Translations under genes and position numbers: made by a program
Assembly (NCBI RefSeq): GCF_009914755.1
Contig: NC_060940.1
Origin: the human T2T-CHM13v2.0 reference genome, Homo sapiens
Direction: 5' to 3' (one strand)
DNA: 64,000 nt
In this document: positions 10,776 through 24,084 of the stretch, piece by piece
Layout of the letters: each line of letters begins with the position of its first letter
Position numbering within the stretch: the stretch's first letter is position 1
The notes under the pieces: generated by a model
What the model was told of the DNA's origin: nothing
The model's input: the letters and a program-made list of their open reading frames with translations, nothing else
The model's database searches: none

Positions 10776-11831
10776 TGGAAATTATTATTAAAGTCCTGAA
10801 AATTTTACAAAGTCTATTTTGCTCTAATGTGTACATTGGTGGTATAGTCTGGGGAATACATGTATAGTTTGCATTCTGGACATCCGATTGTTTCCCTGGA
10901 TGCTGCCCTTTCAACAAGAAATGCGACCTTAGCAAAAGATGGGGGCCCCATGAACTTCCAACTCGTCTTTTATTTATGGTATATGTGTCAGAGAAACATA
11001 ACAACATTTGGGAATTTATTAAATGGCAGTTTTCTCTTCAAATTCTTGCTCTAGTTTATTGTGCCTAATGGAGTCTTATTAAGGGCAAAGCTAATAGACA
11101 ACAAGGTTTATTTCTGCCGATCTTAGCCAAAAAGTCAATCACCACTCAACGAGAGCTACTCTGACTCTTTGGCCAATGGACAAATTTCCATCTTGACTGG
11201 CTTGACTGGTCCTGGGAGAATAGAAGTGAATGAGCTTAATTCTATTTTGATACTTTTCATTTTCAGCAAAACTGAGACAACATCAAGGAGTTACATTATC
11301 ATGAGAAGAGAGGGGTTGCATGGAAATTATGTCACAAGAATGCTTGGTCAATTTTCATTGCATTCAGCTCTATTCACAAAGGCCTGTTTTGCTGGCAGAC
11401 GCTTTTGTCAGATATGTGGCTCACGGCAGGCAATCAAGCTGTGGCATGTTGCAGAGGGACAGTGAGGGCTCACATGCTGAAGGCAGAGGTTACTCAGGCC
11501 AGGTAATGAATAACCCCACTGGAAGAGCAAAAGAGCTCATTTCTCAGTGGTTTATCTTCCAGTGGGTTGGTGTTGTGTATAATACAGTGAGTTGAGATGA
11601 GGAATCTATTTGGTTTTGGTTCCACCCCTTTGCCAGCAAAACCACAAAGTGGGAAAAGCTAACCTTTGGGAGGTAAAAGCTAACAGTGCAAGATGCCATC
11701 AATAAAATAAGCTCCCTCATCAGTGAAGAAGGGGGAACCAGGCTCAAAGTTTGTCTTCTACCAGGAATATAAGCATCGTGTCCTGGATAGTATGAAGCAT
11801 TTAACGATGAAGTCTTCTGTTGCAAATGACA

Positions 11832-11843
11832 TGTGTATACATA

Positions 11844-11875
<32 letters not shown>

Positions 11876-11970
11876 TTTGTATGTGCTTGTGTATATGTGT
11901 GTGTTTGTGTGTATGTATATATGTATACATATTTTATATATATATGTATATATATATATGTTATATATAT
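11832..11970. repeat. Compound (TG)n/(TA)n microsatellite
   Basis: Directly visible. Confidence 0.95.
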
Positions 11971-14891
11971 AAGTTGCTTTCACCAAATCCTTGTAAATAC
12001 CCTGTGCTGAACGGAGAAGTCAGAAATGGGTAATAGACTACATTCAAACTCATTTTCAATTTCCAAAAATATGCAAGGCACCCCATTTTTGGTACGTGGA
12101 TGTTTTTTAGCATTTAATGGATAACAATTTTGTATGTCCCATAAGAATTATTCACAGACATCTCCCAATTCCATTTTCAGAGACTTACGGTAGACTTGCT
12201 TTTATGCCTGTAGCTTGGATCCAAGAAATTTATTTCTACCTCTGCAGTCCAAAAAACGGAATGTCTAACGATTTTTTGCAAGGCAAGTCGAAGTGCTATG
12301 GTGGAATTCTTCTTAGCAAGACAAGCTTCAGTGGAAGGAAGAATGTAAAGCAGAAAAAGTTCTTTAAGAGGTATATAAATCTACACATCGGTAGTAGTCA
12401 CACTAATAATAAACATTCATTTGGCATCATATATTTTTAAAGTGCTTTAAAATGTTGGCATTCCTTAGAAAGGAGAGAATAGCTCTGGGATGAGGATTTT
12501 TATTTTACATTTCAGGGATGGGTTACACAGAAAGAAAGCCACTTGTTCATTATTGACTAAGTGTGGCAACCAGTGTGACCATTCCCTAGTGGTATTTTTG
12601 GCTCTTGGCTTAGAACAGGGTATGTATCCAGGAGGCAAGAGAATGAGTAAGTGACCTACTGTACTGAAAAGAACAGACAGAGATGTAGTCACAAACCAGT
12701 TTAGATGAGGGACCTTTGTTTGTAAGATGTAAACATCGTAAACAAGGAGATGCTGGTAGTTTTTGACATTTTATGGGCCCCCGTAGCTTCATCGCTTATG
12801 TACATTGAATGGATGTATGTTGTGATGGAAAGGCAGTGGCTGCGTTTGCCCTTTCAATTGATGGGCAGCCATATCTTGGGATGAATTAGCCTTTTGTGGG
12901 ATGAATATGATGCCTCCCTCTGCCATGACATGAAGAATATCCTCTTTGAGGGTTGGAGAGAAGTTGTCTCTTTTTTCCTGCCTTGCAATTTATATATTAA
13001 GGGTTGACCAAAAATTGTTAAAAATGTTTAAAGCTAAGTAATATCCTGTGCTAGCCTGAACTAAAAAATAATGCCTTATTCTGACAATTCCAGTTTTTAC
13101 AGTTGAAGGCTATTAATCAATGAAGCAGTGTGGATCCATATAAATATTGATCACTGTCTCCTTGCCCTCCTGTGAATGTTCTCTCTTAATGACAGCCAAT
13201 TTCAATATTCATTAGAAAGGGTGCATTTTCTGGCTTGCACCATTGCTGATTAGTAACTAGAGAGATTTAACTAGACCATGGTCATTTTGTATAAATAGTT
13301 CCTCAGATCAAAAAGATCCTGGTTATTGTCTATCTGGACTTAGCTTACCTCTTCAACATTTCAGAAATTAGAGTGTTTTCTTGTTTGTGTCATATCCTGC
13401 TCACCTAAACATTGCTACTGTTAAGCATTAATCTTCTCATATTTAATATATAAAAATCAAAGTAAATATTCAAGAGTTATATTTAGATCTGTAAAGGGAA
13501 GCCCAAGTGCTTTGTATGAGGTGCGAACTAGGGTTAATAGGATGTATTTAACACCATATTGTTTCAGCTCAAGTTAGGGAGAGAAGGAGATCATGTATGC
13601 AAAAAGTAGAACATTTCTCCCCTTCCTATTTTGTCTAGAGGGGCGTACCCTCTTTTAAGGTATTGTCACATGCACAACATCTGGCCTTCAGTTCTCCTCT
13701 CCGCTGTCATGCAATCTGGCAGAATCTCTTTCTGCTCCATGGTTCCTAAATGCATCCATCCCATTGCCATTAGGATTCTACTTTTGGCATTTTCCCCATC
13801 TGTTTTGGTAATTACTGTCAGATGAACTGATATCTCTAAGTTGAAAATGGCCACCTTTTAAGGTAGCACATTGTAGTCAACTTCCCAAATCATGAAGTCT
13901 ATGTGGCTTTTAGTAGTTGTTTGCAGAAGTAATTTAGTAACTTTACTTTTTCTTTTTTTTTTAATTTCTAAGCCACTGCAAGCACGCACCAGCCTTCAGT
14001 GGCCTGAATTATTCAGCAGTCATTAAAAATGCAGTCAGTGATAAGGCAGACAGTCCTTGTGCCTGGGTTTGTCAACATGTCTTGTCCTCAGCAAAGACTA
14101 GGTTCACTGGAAGCACGCAGGATTTAGTTCACCTTCTCTAGAATGGCTGTTGTTGGGAGGATTTCTAGCAACATTACTATAAATGATCTGCCTGCCTCTG
14201 TGCTGTGGTTTATAAACTCTGTGTAACTAGGATAAGCTGGCTTTGGAAGAGGCAAGCCGTTCTTTCACTAGAAGGGAGAGGTTATTGCATCACCCATCAG
14301 CAAGAGAGGAATTCAGGAGAGGTAGAGAGCGGTGTGGGGTTTGGGTGGCAGCCAGCTACTTTCCAAAACTTCCCAGGGGCTGCAATACAGCCGCCAACCC
14401 AAATGTCATTGGGATAGGCCAGCGTGCCAGATGCCATCACAGAAAATAACTTCCCTTGCCTGGCATCTGGGTTCTTGCCTTGTAATCCAGAAGACCACAT
14501 GCTGGATCAGCTGGTCCCAGCGGGGACCATGAGCTCTTCCGTCCTCTCTCCCTCCCTGTCTGCTGAGCATTTGAATGAGTCATCAGAGTGCAGAATGGAT
14601 TTTGGCCATGCCCTTAATTGAGTGTTCTGTACATACAATAATAATTAATAATAATTTGAACTGATCCTTCTATAGTTTTGTCTCTGGACCAGGCACTGCT
14701 CTAAAGGCTGCACAGATTGTAACTCATTTACATATGTAACACATATCTACATATCTCATTAGCCTGAAGCACAATAGAATGAGAAAAGTGAAAAGCAAAG
14801 TGCTTAGACTCTAGATTTGGACCAACTGGCTTCCTATGTCAACTCTGCCTCTTTCAGTATAGGTGACTTTAGAAAGTAAATTCTGCTTTCT

Positions 14892-15625
14892 CAAGCCAAG
14901 CGTCCATGCACAGACAAGGGAATAAACAAAACGTGGTGTATACTGGAATATTATTCAGCCTTAGAAATGAAGGAGGTTCTGGCCGGCTGTGTGGTGGCTC
15001 TAGCCTGCAATCCCAACACTTTGGGAGGGTGAGGCGGACAGATCACTTGAGGTCAGGGGTTTGAGACCAGCATGGCCAACGTGGTGAAAACTCAACTACT
15101 CAAAATAGAAAAATTAGCTGGACATGGTGGCACACACCTGTGAAGCCAGCTACTCAGGAGGCTGAAGCATGAGAATTGCTTGAACCCTGGAGATGGAGGT
15201 TACAGTGAGCCCACGTCGCGTCCCTGCACGCAAGCCTAGGCAAGAAAGCAAGACCCTGTCTCAAAAAAAGAAAAGAGATGCTGATACATGCTACAACATA
15301 GATGAACCTTGAGGACATTATTCTAAGTGAAATGAGCTTGTCACAAAAGAACAAATATTGCATGATTCCAGTTATATGAGGTGCCCATAGTTGTCAAATT
15401 CACAAAGACAAAAAGTGGCATGGTCGTTACCAAGGGCTGGGAGAAAAGAGGAATGGTGAGTTAGTGTTTAATTGGTACAGAGTTTCAGTTTTGCAAGATG
15501 AAAAGAGTTCTGGAGATGAATGTTGGGAATGGCTGTGCAACACTGTGAATGTACTTAACACTACTCAACTGCAGACTTAAAATGGTAAAAAAAAAATAAA
15601 TAAATAAAATAAAAATTAAAAGAAG
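14892..15625 (+). mobile_element. L1MB-type 3' fragment with an internal Alu and a perfect 18-bp TSD
   Basis: ACATGCTACAACATAGATGAACCTTGAGGACATTATTCTAAGTGAAAT...GGTACAGAGTTTCAGTTTTGCAAGATGAAAAGAGTTCTGGAGAT; TSD AAGTAAATTCTGCTTTCT at 14874-14891 and 15626-15643. Confidence 0.9.
14981..15274 (+). mobile_element. Alu (J or old S)
   Basis: Dimeric Alu with A tail inside the L1. Confidence 0.92.
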
Positions 15626-15892
15626 AAGTAAATTCTGCTTTCTGCACATCTGCCAGCTGCCCTTGTCTAAGTTCCCAAAACAGATTCTGCTTTTTGCTTC
15701 CACAGAGCCTTTGCATGGTTGTTTCCCCTTCCTGCAATATTTACTTAGTACTTTTTCCTAGGTTACTCTCCTCATCTTTCCAACCTTGGGCTACACACGC
15801 ACCTTTAGGAAAGCCTACTTCTGTGTTCTTCCCATCTTGTGTACGTTCCAAATTCTGAATCTCCAATAAAATGAATATGCATTTCTTTCTCT

Positions 15893-16380
15893 CTTTTTTT
15901 GTAACTTTTATTTTATCTTCAGGGGTACAAGTGCAGGCTTGTTACATAGGTAAACTTGTGTGTCATGGGGGTTTGTTGTGCAGATTATTTCATCACCCAG
16001 GTGTTAAACCTAGTACCCATTACTTGTTTCTCCCGATCCTGTCCCTCCCCTGACCTCCACCTGCCAAGAGACCCCAGTGTGTGTTGTTCCCCTCTATGTG
16101 TCCACGTGTTTTTATCATTTAGCTCCCACTTATACGTGAGAACATGCAGTGTTTGGTTTTATGTTCCTTTGTTAGTTTGCTGAGAATGAGAGCCTCCAGT
16201 TTCATCCATGTTCCTGCAAAGGACATGATCTTGTTCTTTTTTATGGCTGCATAGCACCCCACAGTATACATGTACCACACTTTCTTTATCCAGTCTATCA
16301 TTGATGGGCATTTAGGTTGATTCCACATCCTTGCTATTGTGAATAGTGCTGCATTGAATATACACATGCATGTCTTTTTA
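15893..16380 (-). mobile_element. L1PA (about PA13-16) 3' end
   Basis: AGGGGTACAAGTGCAGGCTTGTTACATAGGTAAACTTG...AGCTCCCACTTATACGTGAGAACATG; ORF 16119-16367 resembles the L1 ORF2 C-terminus (WNQPKCPS..DWIKK). Confidence 0.92.
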
Positions 16381-16496
16381 TTATCATTTTCTCCTTTGCC
16401 TTTCCTAAACCATGCAGTTTGATATATGATGAGGCTACTTCTACCATTGATGTAGGTACTGTGGGTGCCAGGATGCCCAGGAAAAGGTGGAATCAG

Positions 16497-16916
<420 letters not shown>

Positions 16917-17237
16917 TCATTTGTCTTATATTAGATGATTATTTTACTCTTCTGGGTCTTTGATCTAGGCAGTTAGCTGGTTAGAATTTGCTGATGTTGT
17001 ATTCATGTTTCTTTGAATCAGCAGTAACTCACTTAGGGATGAAAATGGGGCATTTGGCTTATAAGAAGAAAACAAATATCATTTATATTCATTTTTCTAC
17101 TTGAAACTACTACTTGAAAACTGGGCCCATAGAGTTCGTTGTGCTAAAAGGAACATTTCTCATTGGTAGTTAGTATTTCAATTGTAATCAAATTCCAAAA
17201 CTTCCTACCTGTTGAAACTATAAGATGATGGTGACGA

Positions 17238-17532
<295 letters not shown>

Positions 17533-17792
17533 TAAGATTTAAGGATAATAATAATGAATGTTTACGGAGCAGTGTTCATCAGGTAGTGTTCTAAGTACTT
17601 TACATATATTAATGATCTTCACTATGTTATACTTGTATATCACCATCTGTGATCATCTGAAGCCCTTACAGTTTAAGGGAAAATCTGCATTTGATACATA
17701 TAGTGTGTGTTAAAGAAACATGTTAAAGATGAAGGAGGAGTATGTTATTTTATTGTATTGATTTCTGTTTCTAAATACTGGGGTTTTCGTGG

Positions 17793-18127
17793 TGTTTTTT
17801 GTTTGTTTGTTTGTTTTTGTTTGTTTGTTTTGAGACAGGGTCTCACTTTGTCACCCAGGCTGGAGTACAGTGGTATGATCACAGCTCACTGCAGCCTTGA
17901 CCTTCTGGGCTCAAGTGATCCTCCCATCTCAGTCTCCTGAGTAGCTAGGACTAGAGGCATTCACCACCACACCTGGCTAATTTTTGTAGTTTTGTTTGTT
18001 TGTTTGTTTGTGGAGATGGGGTTTTGCCATGTTGCCCAGGCTGGTCTCAAACTCCTGGACTGAAGCGATCCACCTGCCTCAGCCTTCCAAAGTTCTAGGA
18101 TTACAGGCGTGAGCCGCTGCACCTGGC
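17793..18127 (-). mobile_element. AluJ with (TTTG)n tail and linker
   Basis: GAGACAGGGTCTCAC...CACAGCTCACTGCAGCCTTGACCTTCTGGGCTCAAGTGATCCTCCC (J diagnostics). Confidence 0.93.
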
Positions 18128-19049
18128 AAAATATTGTTTTTTGAAACTCTTCTTGAAGTACTAATGTTGCTTTAGATCTTAAACAGCAGCACAAAAAGTT
18201 TCTAACTTTGTTGGAACATTCTACTTTTCCCCCACACCTTCCCAAACAATTCTCTTAATATACAACAATATCTGTTCTGGCTATCGTGAAAATTAAGCCA
18301 CTGGATTTGGGTTGGAAAAGAAGGTTTATTTAGCGCAGTTTTTAGTATTTATATCAGATTGCCATTTCTGGCTTGAGACCCGAGGCAGAAGTATCCCCTG
18401 CATTTGGAAAATGAAAAATCCACTGGAGGATTGATTATTCATAACCCTGAAATGTATTGCCCCACCTCTACCATAAATCACACGGAGTTTTTATTCTCAT
18501 TAGCTGAATTCTGGCATCTCAGTCTCGGCACTACTATTTATTCTAATTCTCTCAGCTTGAGTAATGGGTGTGGCCCAAGCAGGAAGCAGGTCACCTCCTG
18601 GCCCGTTGGACTATCTTGGAAAGAGCATGTGATTCCCTGTAGGATTAGGGGATTTGCAGTTCAATGGGCAAATTATGCATTCCAACGTCTAAGTGTGGTT
18701 GTTTAATTAAACCCTTTGGTTCATTCAAGATGACTAAAATGTTTCTTGAAACAGGACATCTTGAAAGTTATTAAAATTTCACAGCAAACACTTTTATGGC
18801 AGGAACTTTTATGAATTTTGTTTGGGTTGGGGCATTGCAAGAGGGTTACTTAAAATGTTTTATCTGGAATTTATAATAAAGAAAAAACATTTCTTCTTTA
18901 TGTTGGTCATATTTTCAGTAAGAGTGCATTACAAAAAATCTACATCTGGATGACAAATGTGATACAAATGGACAAATATATATGCATATACACAAACACA
19001 CACACATGCCCATTTTCTCATCCCCCCTTCTTTTTCTCTTTCAATCTGT

Positions 19050-19221
19050 CTATAAATGTAGATACTCACATATACATATATGTTTATACATATATTAAAT
19101 ATGTAAATATGTATATAAGTATATATGCATATAAATATACTTATATGTGATTTGTGTATACATAATTACATGAGTGCATATATACCTAAATATGTATATC
19201 TGCATATGCGTGTGTATATAT
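19050..19221. repeat. TA/TG-rich low-complexity tract
   Basis: Directly visible. Confidence 0.85.
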
Positions 19222-19224
19222 TTA

Positions 19225-19385
19225 AGGGTTTTCAACTTTGGCCCTCTTGATACTTTGGATTGGTAATCCCTTTTTTTGTGCAGTGTCCCTGACCACTAGA
19301 TGCTATTACCATAGGCACCTCAGTGATAACAATAATTGAAAAGTCACCAGGAATTTCCAAATTTTCCTTCTGTTGAGAACCCCTG
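19225..19385 (-). mobile_element. Internally deleted MER20
   Basis: GGGTTTTCAACTTTGGCCCTCTTGATACTTTGG...CCACTAGATGC...GTTGAGAACCCCTG. Confidence 0.65.
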
Positions 19386-19789
19386 CTTATTGCTTGGCAC
19401 ACATGCGCACAGAGAAACCCATATATGTGTAGGTCATGCACTTACTGTAAGAGACATGGAAACTACTGTCTCCTAGTTTATCCCCAAAGGACTGACAAGA
19501 GTGTTCACTGAAAATTCAGAGACAGGGTTGCATGTAAATGTCTGAATAAAACACATGGAAAAATAAATAATAGGCATGACATATCATCATTGGAAAGGAA
19601 GGTACCTTCTGATGCAGACAGGTTGTGCCACATGACAGCTGTGTGACCTTGGGCAAGAAACTAGATCTCTCTGAGCTTTAGTTCTTTTATGTTTGAAATG
19701 GGCAACATCATGATTATTTTTCACCACTTGTTGAATTTATAGATACAGTGTACCTCCCCCTGCATCCTCATTACACATTGACTAAGGAA

Positions 19790-20170
19790 ATGGAATGGTC
19801 TGGAACACGTGGCAACTTGGACATGGGGAGGTCTCTTCGCCATTGGCTGAGAGTAAGCTGAACAAACTTTCCATGGTGACAGCTGCAGGATGCTCAGCAT
19901 GCAGTCAATTCAGTCCAACATCCGTGCTTCGTGATTTGCATCCATGTGACTTGAAGCAGCCAGTTGGACCAGGTTTCTGATTGAGTGGCCACGTGCATGA
20001 TGGGTTGGGTTGGACTAACTAGTTGTCTGCAAGAACTGGCTAAACGGCTCAGCCAAATTTTCTGTTTGTTGATTCAGACCCGACTGACTTTGCCAGGTTT
20101 GGACTGTGCTGGTGAGAGAGATATGGAGTCTGCGGACAGTTTGCAAGCAGTGCCTCTCGACATTTTCATC
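19790..20170. promoter_or_regulatory. Candidate enhancer (E-box/GCCACGTG, NF-Y and octamer cluster)
   Basis: CACGTG at 19806 and 19990, CATTGGCTGA at 19841, CAGCTG at 19880, ATTTGCAT at 19934; unique CpG-retaining sequence. Confidence 0.35.
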
Positions 20171-20814
20171 CTGCATATGGGGCTGTGTCGGCCTTACCTG
20201 TCTACCTTCTTTATCTTCTTCCTTCATTTGTTCTCTTCCTCCTCCTCCTCTTGTTTTTGTTACTTGGATTTTCAGGATGTCAAGCCCTGGCATTTTTAAT
20301 ATAAATTGGTAATATAATAATATATTCCCTTTATTCTTTGTCATTAGCTGAACGTTTTAGGAATATCAATATAGAATACATTTGAATGTTTTCATTAAAA
20401 TTGTAACACACCCAGTATTAAATCAGAAAGTGAATGTTCAGCAAACACATATTGATCTCTTGCTACGTGCCAACAACTACTCCAAGCACTTGGCATGAAT
20501 GTACCACATTTATTCTCCAAACCAGCCTATAGGCGTGGTCAGGGTGTGCCACGTGACAGCTGTGTGACCTTAGGCCAGCAACTAGACTTCTCTGACCTTT
20601 AGTTCTTTTATGTATGAGATGAAGAGACATCATGGTCACTTTGTAAAATTTATTCCAAAACAAAAAGATGTGGAAGAAAGGCATATTACCTTTGGTTGAC
20701 ATTATCTTTGTTTGTAGGTGAAGAAACTGAGGCTTAAAAAATTCACATATGTTGTGGCTAAGCAGAAGGGCTCCCCAGGAAGTTGACCCCTTACTCTTTA
20801 TTAGTAGTAGTATT

Positions 20815-21108
20815 AATACATTTTGAGAGAGGCTGTCACTCTGTCACCCAGGCTGTAATGCAGTGGCATGATAATAGCTCACTATAGCCTCAAATTCTGG
20901 GGCTCAAGTGATCCTCCCACCTCAGCCTCCCAAGTAGCTGGGTTACAGGCGTGCATCATCACATCCAGCTAATTTTATTATTCTTTTTGGTGGAGACAGG
21001 GTTTCGCTGTGCTTCCCAGACTGGTCTTGAACTTTTAGGCTCAAGTGATCCTCCTTGCCTAGCCTCCCAAAGTGCTGGTATTAGAGGTATGAGCCACTGC
21101 ATCCTACC
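20815..21108 (-). mobile_element. AluJ
   Basis: ATAGCTCACTATAGCCTCAAATTCTGGGGCTCAAGTGATCCTCCCACC. Confidence 0.92.
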
Positions 21109-21139
21109 CCTTATTCTTTGTTCTTAATGATTATGTTAT

Positions 21140-21325
21140 AATCTGGGATTTCACATAATCAAAACTCTTAATTTCTAATGGATTTAAGAGATTCATTAAA
21201 CCTCTGAAGTCACATACAAAACTCGATAACTAACATACATTTCTTTTTTCCTGGAGAGAATGTTCATAGCTTTTAAATCAATATCTCAAAATGATCTTTG
21301 TTTTCACAGCAAGATTAAAGATAAT
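21140..21325. mobile_element. hAT-Charlie relic (Charlie4z-like)
   Basis: TTCCTGGAGAGAATGTTCATAGCTTTTAAATCAATATCTCAAAA block. Confidence 0.4.
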
Positions 21326-22139
21326 CATTATGTAATAAAACTTTTATTTTCTGTTTCTTAGGTCAGTCTACAGCTCAATCTTAAACAGCAGTATTGTCAT
21401 CAAAGGGTAACTCCAGAGAAAAAAAATCAGAGTAAATAAACATTTATAATAATATATCTTTCATCCCTTCTTCAGAGTCTGTTCTAGGAAAATGCCAAAG
21501 TATTCCAAAAAAAAAAAAAAAAAAAAAAAACACCCTTGGGCTTTTCATTAACTACACTTCAGTCCTTGAGATTATCTTGATCTTGAAAGTTGCTGGCCTT
21601 TGAGCAACTTCTTCAAACCCTCAAGATGCATCCCCATGGACCATGCTGGTCCTTTTTCCTGAGCCAGCCATTTCAGCACACATCTTTGTCATTTCTTGTC
21701 ATATTGAGATCAAGTTTGGCCATCCTCTTTGCAAAATCATATTCAGTTTTCTTAAGTAAGATTGTATTTTTGGCATGCTTCCATTAGAGTCAGAGCCAGC
21801 GGTGGCTCTCAGTTGCAATGCTCCTAGAGAAAGGGAACTTTAATTAGGACACAATGGGGTTGGCCTAGGGCTCGAGTTAGATTCAGTATTCAACCAATGT
21901 TGCTGCTTAAGCCTGTAAATGTATGGTATGCAACTTGTGGGTACTTTCCAGTTTTCACTGACTTTCTTCCAATATTGTGTAGTGTGTAAAGATCGGAGGT
22001 ATTAAATCCAGGACCTGGGAGGTCATCACACTCGAAGGAGGCAGGCTGGGTCATCAGACATATGGCTGTCTTGGTTTTGTTTCCTTGTTCCCACTTCTGC
22101 TCATGATGGGCCTAAATAAGAGATATTCCTCTACTGTAA

Positions 22140-22770
22140 GAAAAGCTCCGTATCCCAAGTGAAGCTAATTGGTAATTGGTGTTTCATGTCAGAGGCACAG
22201 TAGGGAGCAGTGGGGATTGTGGCAAAGTGAGGAACTCATGCCTGCCTTCACAGTGCAGCTGCTCCTCAGCTGCATACCATTTTCATGAATTAGAAATATA
22301 CCAGACTTTCTGATTGTTTACCTAAGAGAGTCTGAAAAGTCTTATTTCTAGGTGCTGTATGTCCATTTAATTGTTGTTACTTAGTCTAGATTATTTTTAT
22401 TGATAACATAGAACAGTGGTCTTACATGTCTCTCTAGATCCTAACTAAAATAATAAATATCTTATATTTCATTTGAAAAATATTTCATATAGTTATAGAA
22501 TTCTAGATTTTGAGTAATTTTCTTTGAGAGCTTTGAAGATGTTATTTCATTATCTTTTGTTTCCTGTACTCTTGAGTTTTTTTAAATTTTATTTTAGGTT
22601 CCAAGATACATGTACAGGATGTGCAGGTTCATTGCATAGGTAAACATGTGCCATGGTTGTTTGCTGTACCTATCAACCCGTCACCTAGTATTAGTTGAAT
22701 GTTTGAAACTCAAGGTTAAACCATACCTGGGGGTGTTATCTGGTCTTCAATTCACCACTGTTGACCAACA
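22140..22770. mobile_element. MER103C-like relic interrupted by L1 sequence
   Basis: GTGGGGATTGTGGCAAAGTGAGG...GCAGCTGCTCCTCAGCT...CCAGACTTTCTGATT. Confidence 0.45.
22576..22692 (-). mobile_element. Short L1PA 3' end
   Basis: GATACATGTACAGGATGTGCAGG...TAGGTAAACATGTGCCATGG...CCTATCAACCCGTCACCTAG. Confidence 0.88.
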
Positions 22771-23494
22771 GAGGCTATTATGATTTGCAAAACGTATTTT
22801 CATAATCAACAAGACAAAAATAAATAAAATTTTAAATCTGATTTTTATAACTTTTCTGAGAGGTTAAACTTTTGGAGAGCTAGAGAAAGAGCTATGCTGA
22901 TAAACAAGCTTACTTAGCCTTATGTTTTTGTTTGTTTGTTTGTTGAAAGATGTTTGCCTGCTCACTTAAGGATACTTAGCATTAGAGAAAAGTAGCTTTT
23001 TTGAAAAAAGAAAATAACTTCGGGTTGCCCTTTTTGTCCATCAGTCTTGCATAGTGCTTTAGACAGCACTTCATACACTCATGCAACTCTTCACAAATTA
23101 CCAATTACTTTCCCCTTTGCGTTTATCTAATTTAATCCCTACAGTCTTGCAAATAGATATTCAATTCTCCCAGCCCATAGCAGCTTGAAACAGTTCAACA
23201 AACACAATTAGCCCATCCCTGAAAAAAAGTATAGATTGCAGTGTAAATAGAAATTTGTTTTTCCACTTCAAGTGTGGCACAAATTATCACCCACCTTAGA
23301 TGAATGATTAATTCCACAACTGTTAAGTATGTTTTTACTTTTATCTAAGCAAATATTTTGAGAGTTTTTTTCATAACTTAGTTTGATACCTAAGCTGGTA
23401 AATGTTTTGTTCAAGTTTGCTGAAGCCAAGACTAATTTAGAATTAGGGAAGTTAGGACTGCTTTCAAATTTGAGAGAAAATTTGGAAGGAATCC

Positions 23495-24065
23495 TTAGCC
23501 TCTCCACAGCCACCACCCTAATCCAATGCAATCCAATTGCCTCTCACCTGGGCAGCTCCAGCAGCACCCTCCCTGGATTCCCTGTCTCCGTCCTTGCTCC
23601 CTGGCATCCCCCACAGCAAAGCAGCCATGGAGATTGTTCTGAAGTGATAACCCGAATGTTTTCCTCTTGAATGTGTGATTTTTTTAGTGGCCTCCTGTTG
23701 AAAGCAGAATTAAATCAAACTCGTTGTTTTGCTTTCAGGCTCTGCATTATCTGGCCTCTCTCCAGTCTCTCCCTTATAACTGTACCAAACCATGGTGGCA
23801 TCCTTCCTTTTCCACAAACGCCAAGCTTATTATGAACCTAGGGCTTTTTGTTGTTGCACATCTATTTATTGTCAGACTGTATGGTCACCTCCTTTTTTTT
23901 TTTTTTTTTTTTTTTACTGAGTTTGAATGCAATTATTCCTTCCCTTTCCTCCTTGGTAAAACAGAACTCTTGGAGTTTTGTTGTGCTGACTGCGGTGGTA
24001 TCAGCACCAAGGACAGCGCCTACGTAGCACATCCAGAGGCTTATTAAATATCAGGTTCAACGACT
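23495..24065 (+). mobile_element. Degraded L2
   Basis: GCCACCACCCTAATCCAA...TCTCACCTGGGCAGCTCCAGCAGC...CCACAGCAAAGCAGCCA. Confidence 0.6.
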
Positions 24066-24084
24066 GGCTGACTGACTGATCAAA

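Noticed and set aside
16119-16367. ORF resembling the L1 ORF2p C-terminus
   Set aside because: Fragment of a truncated, dead L1, not a gene
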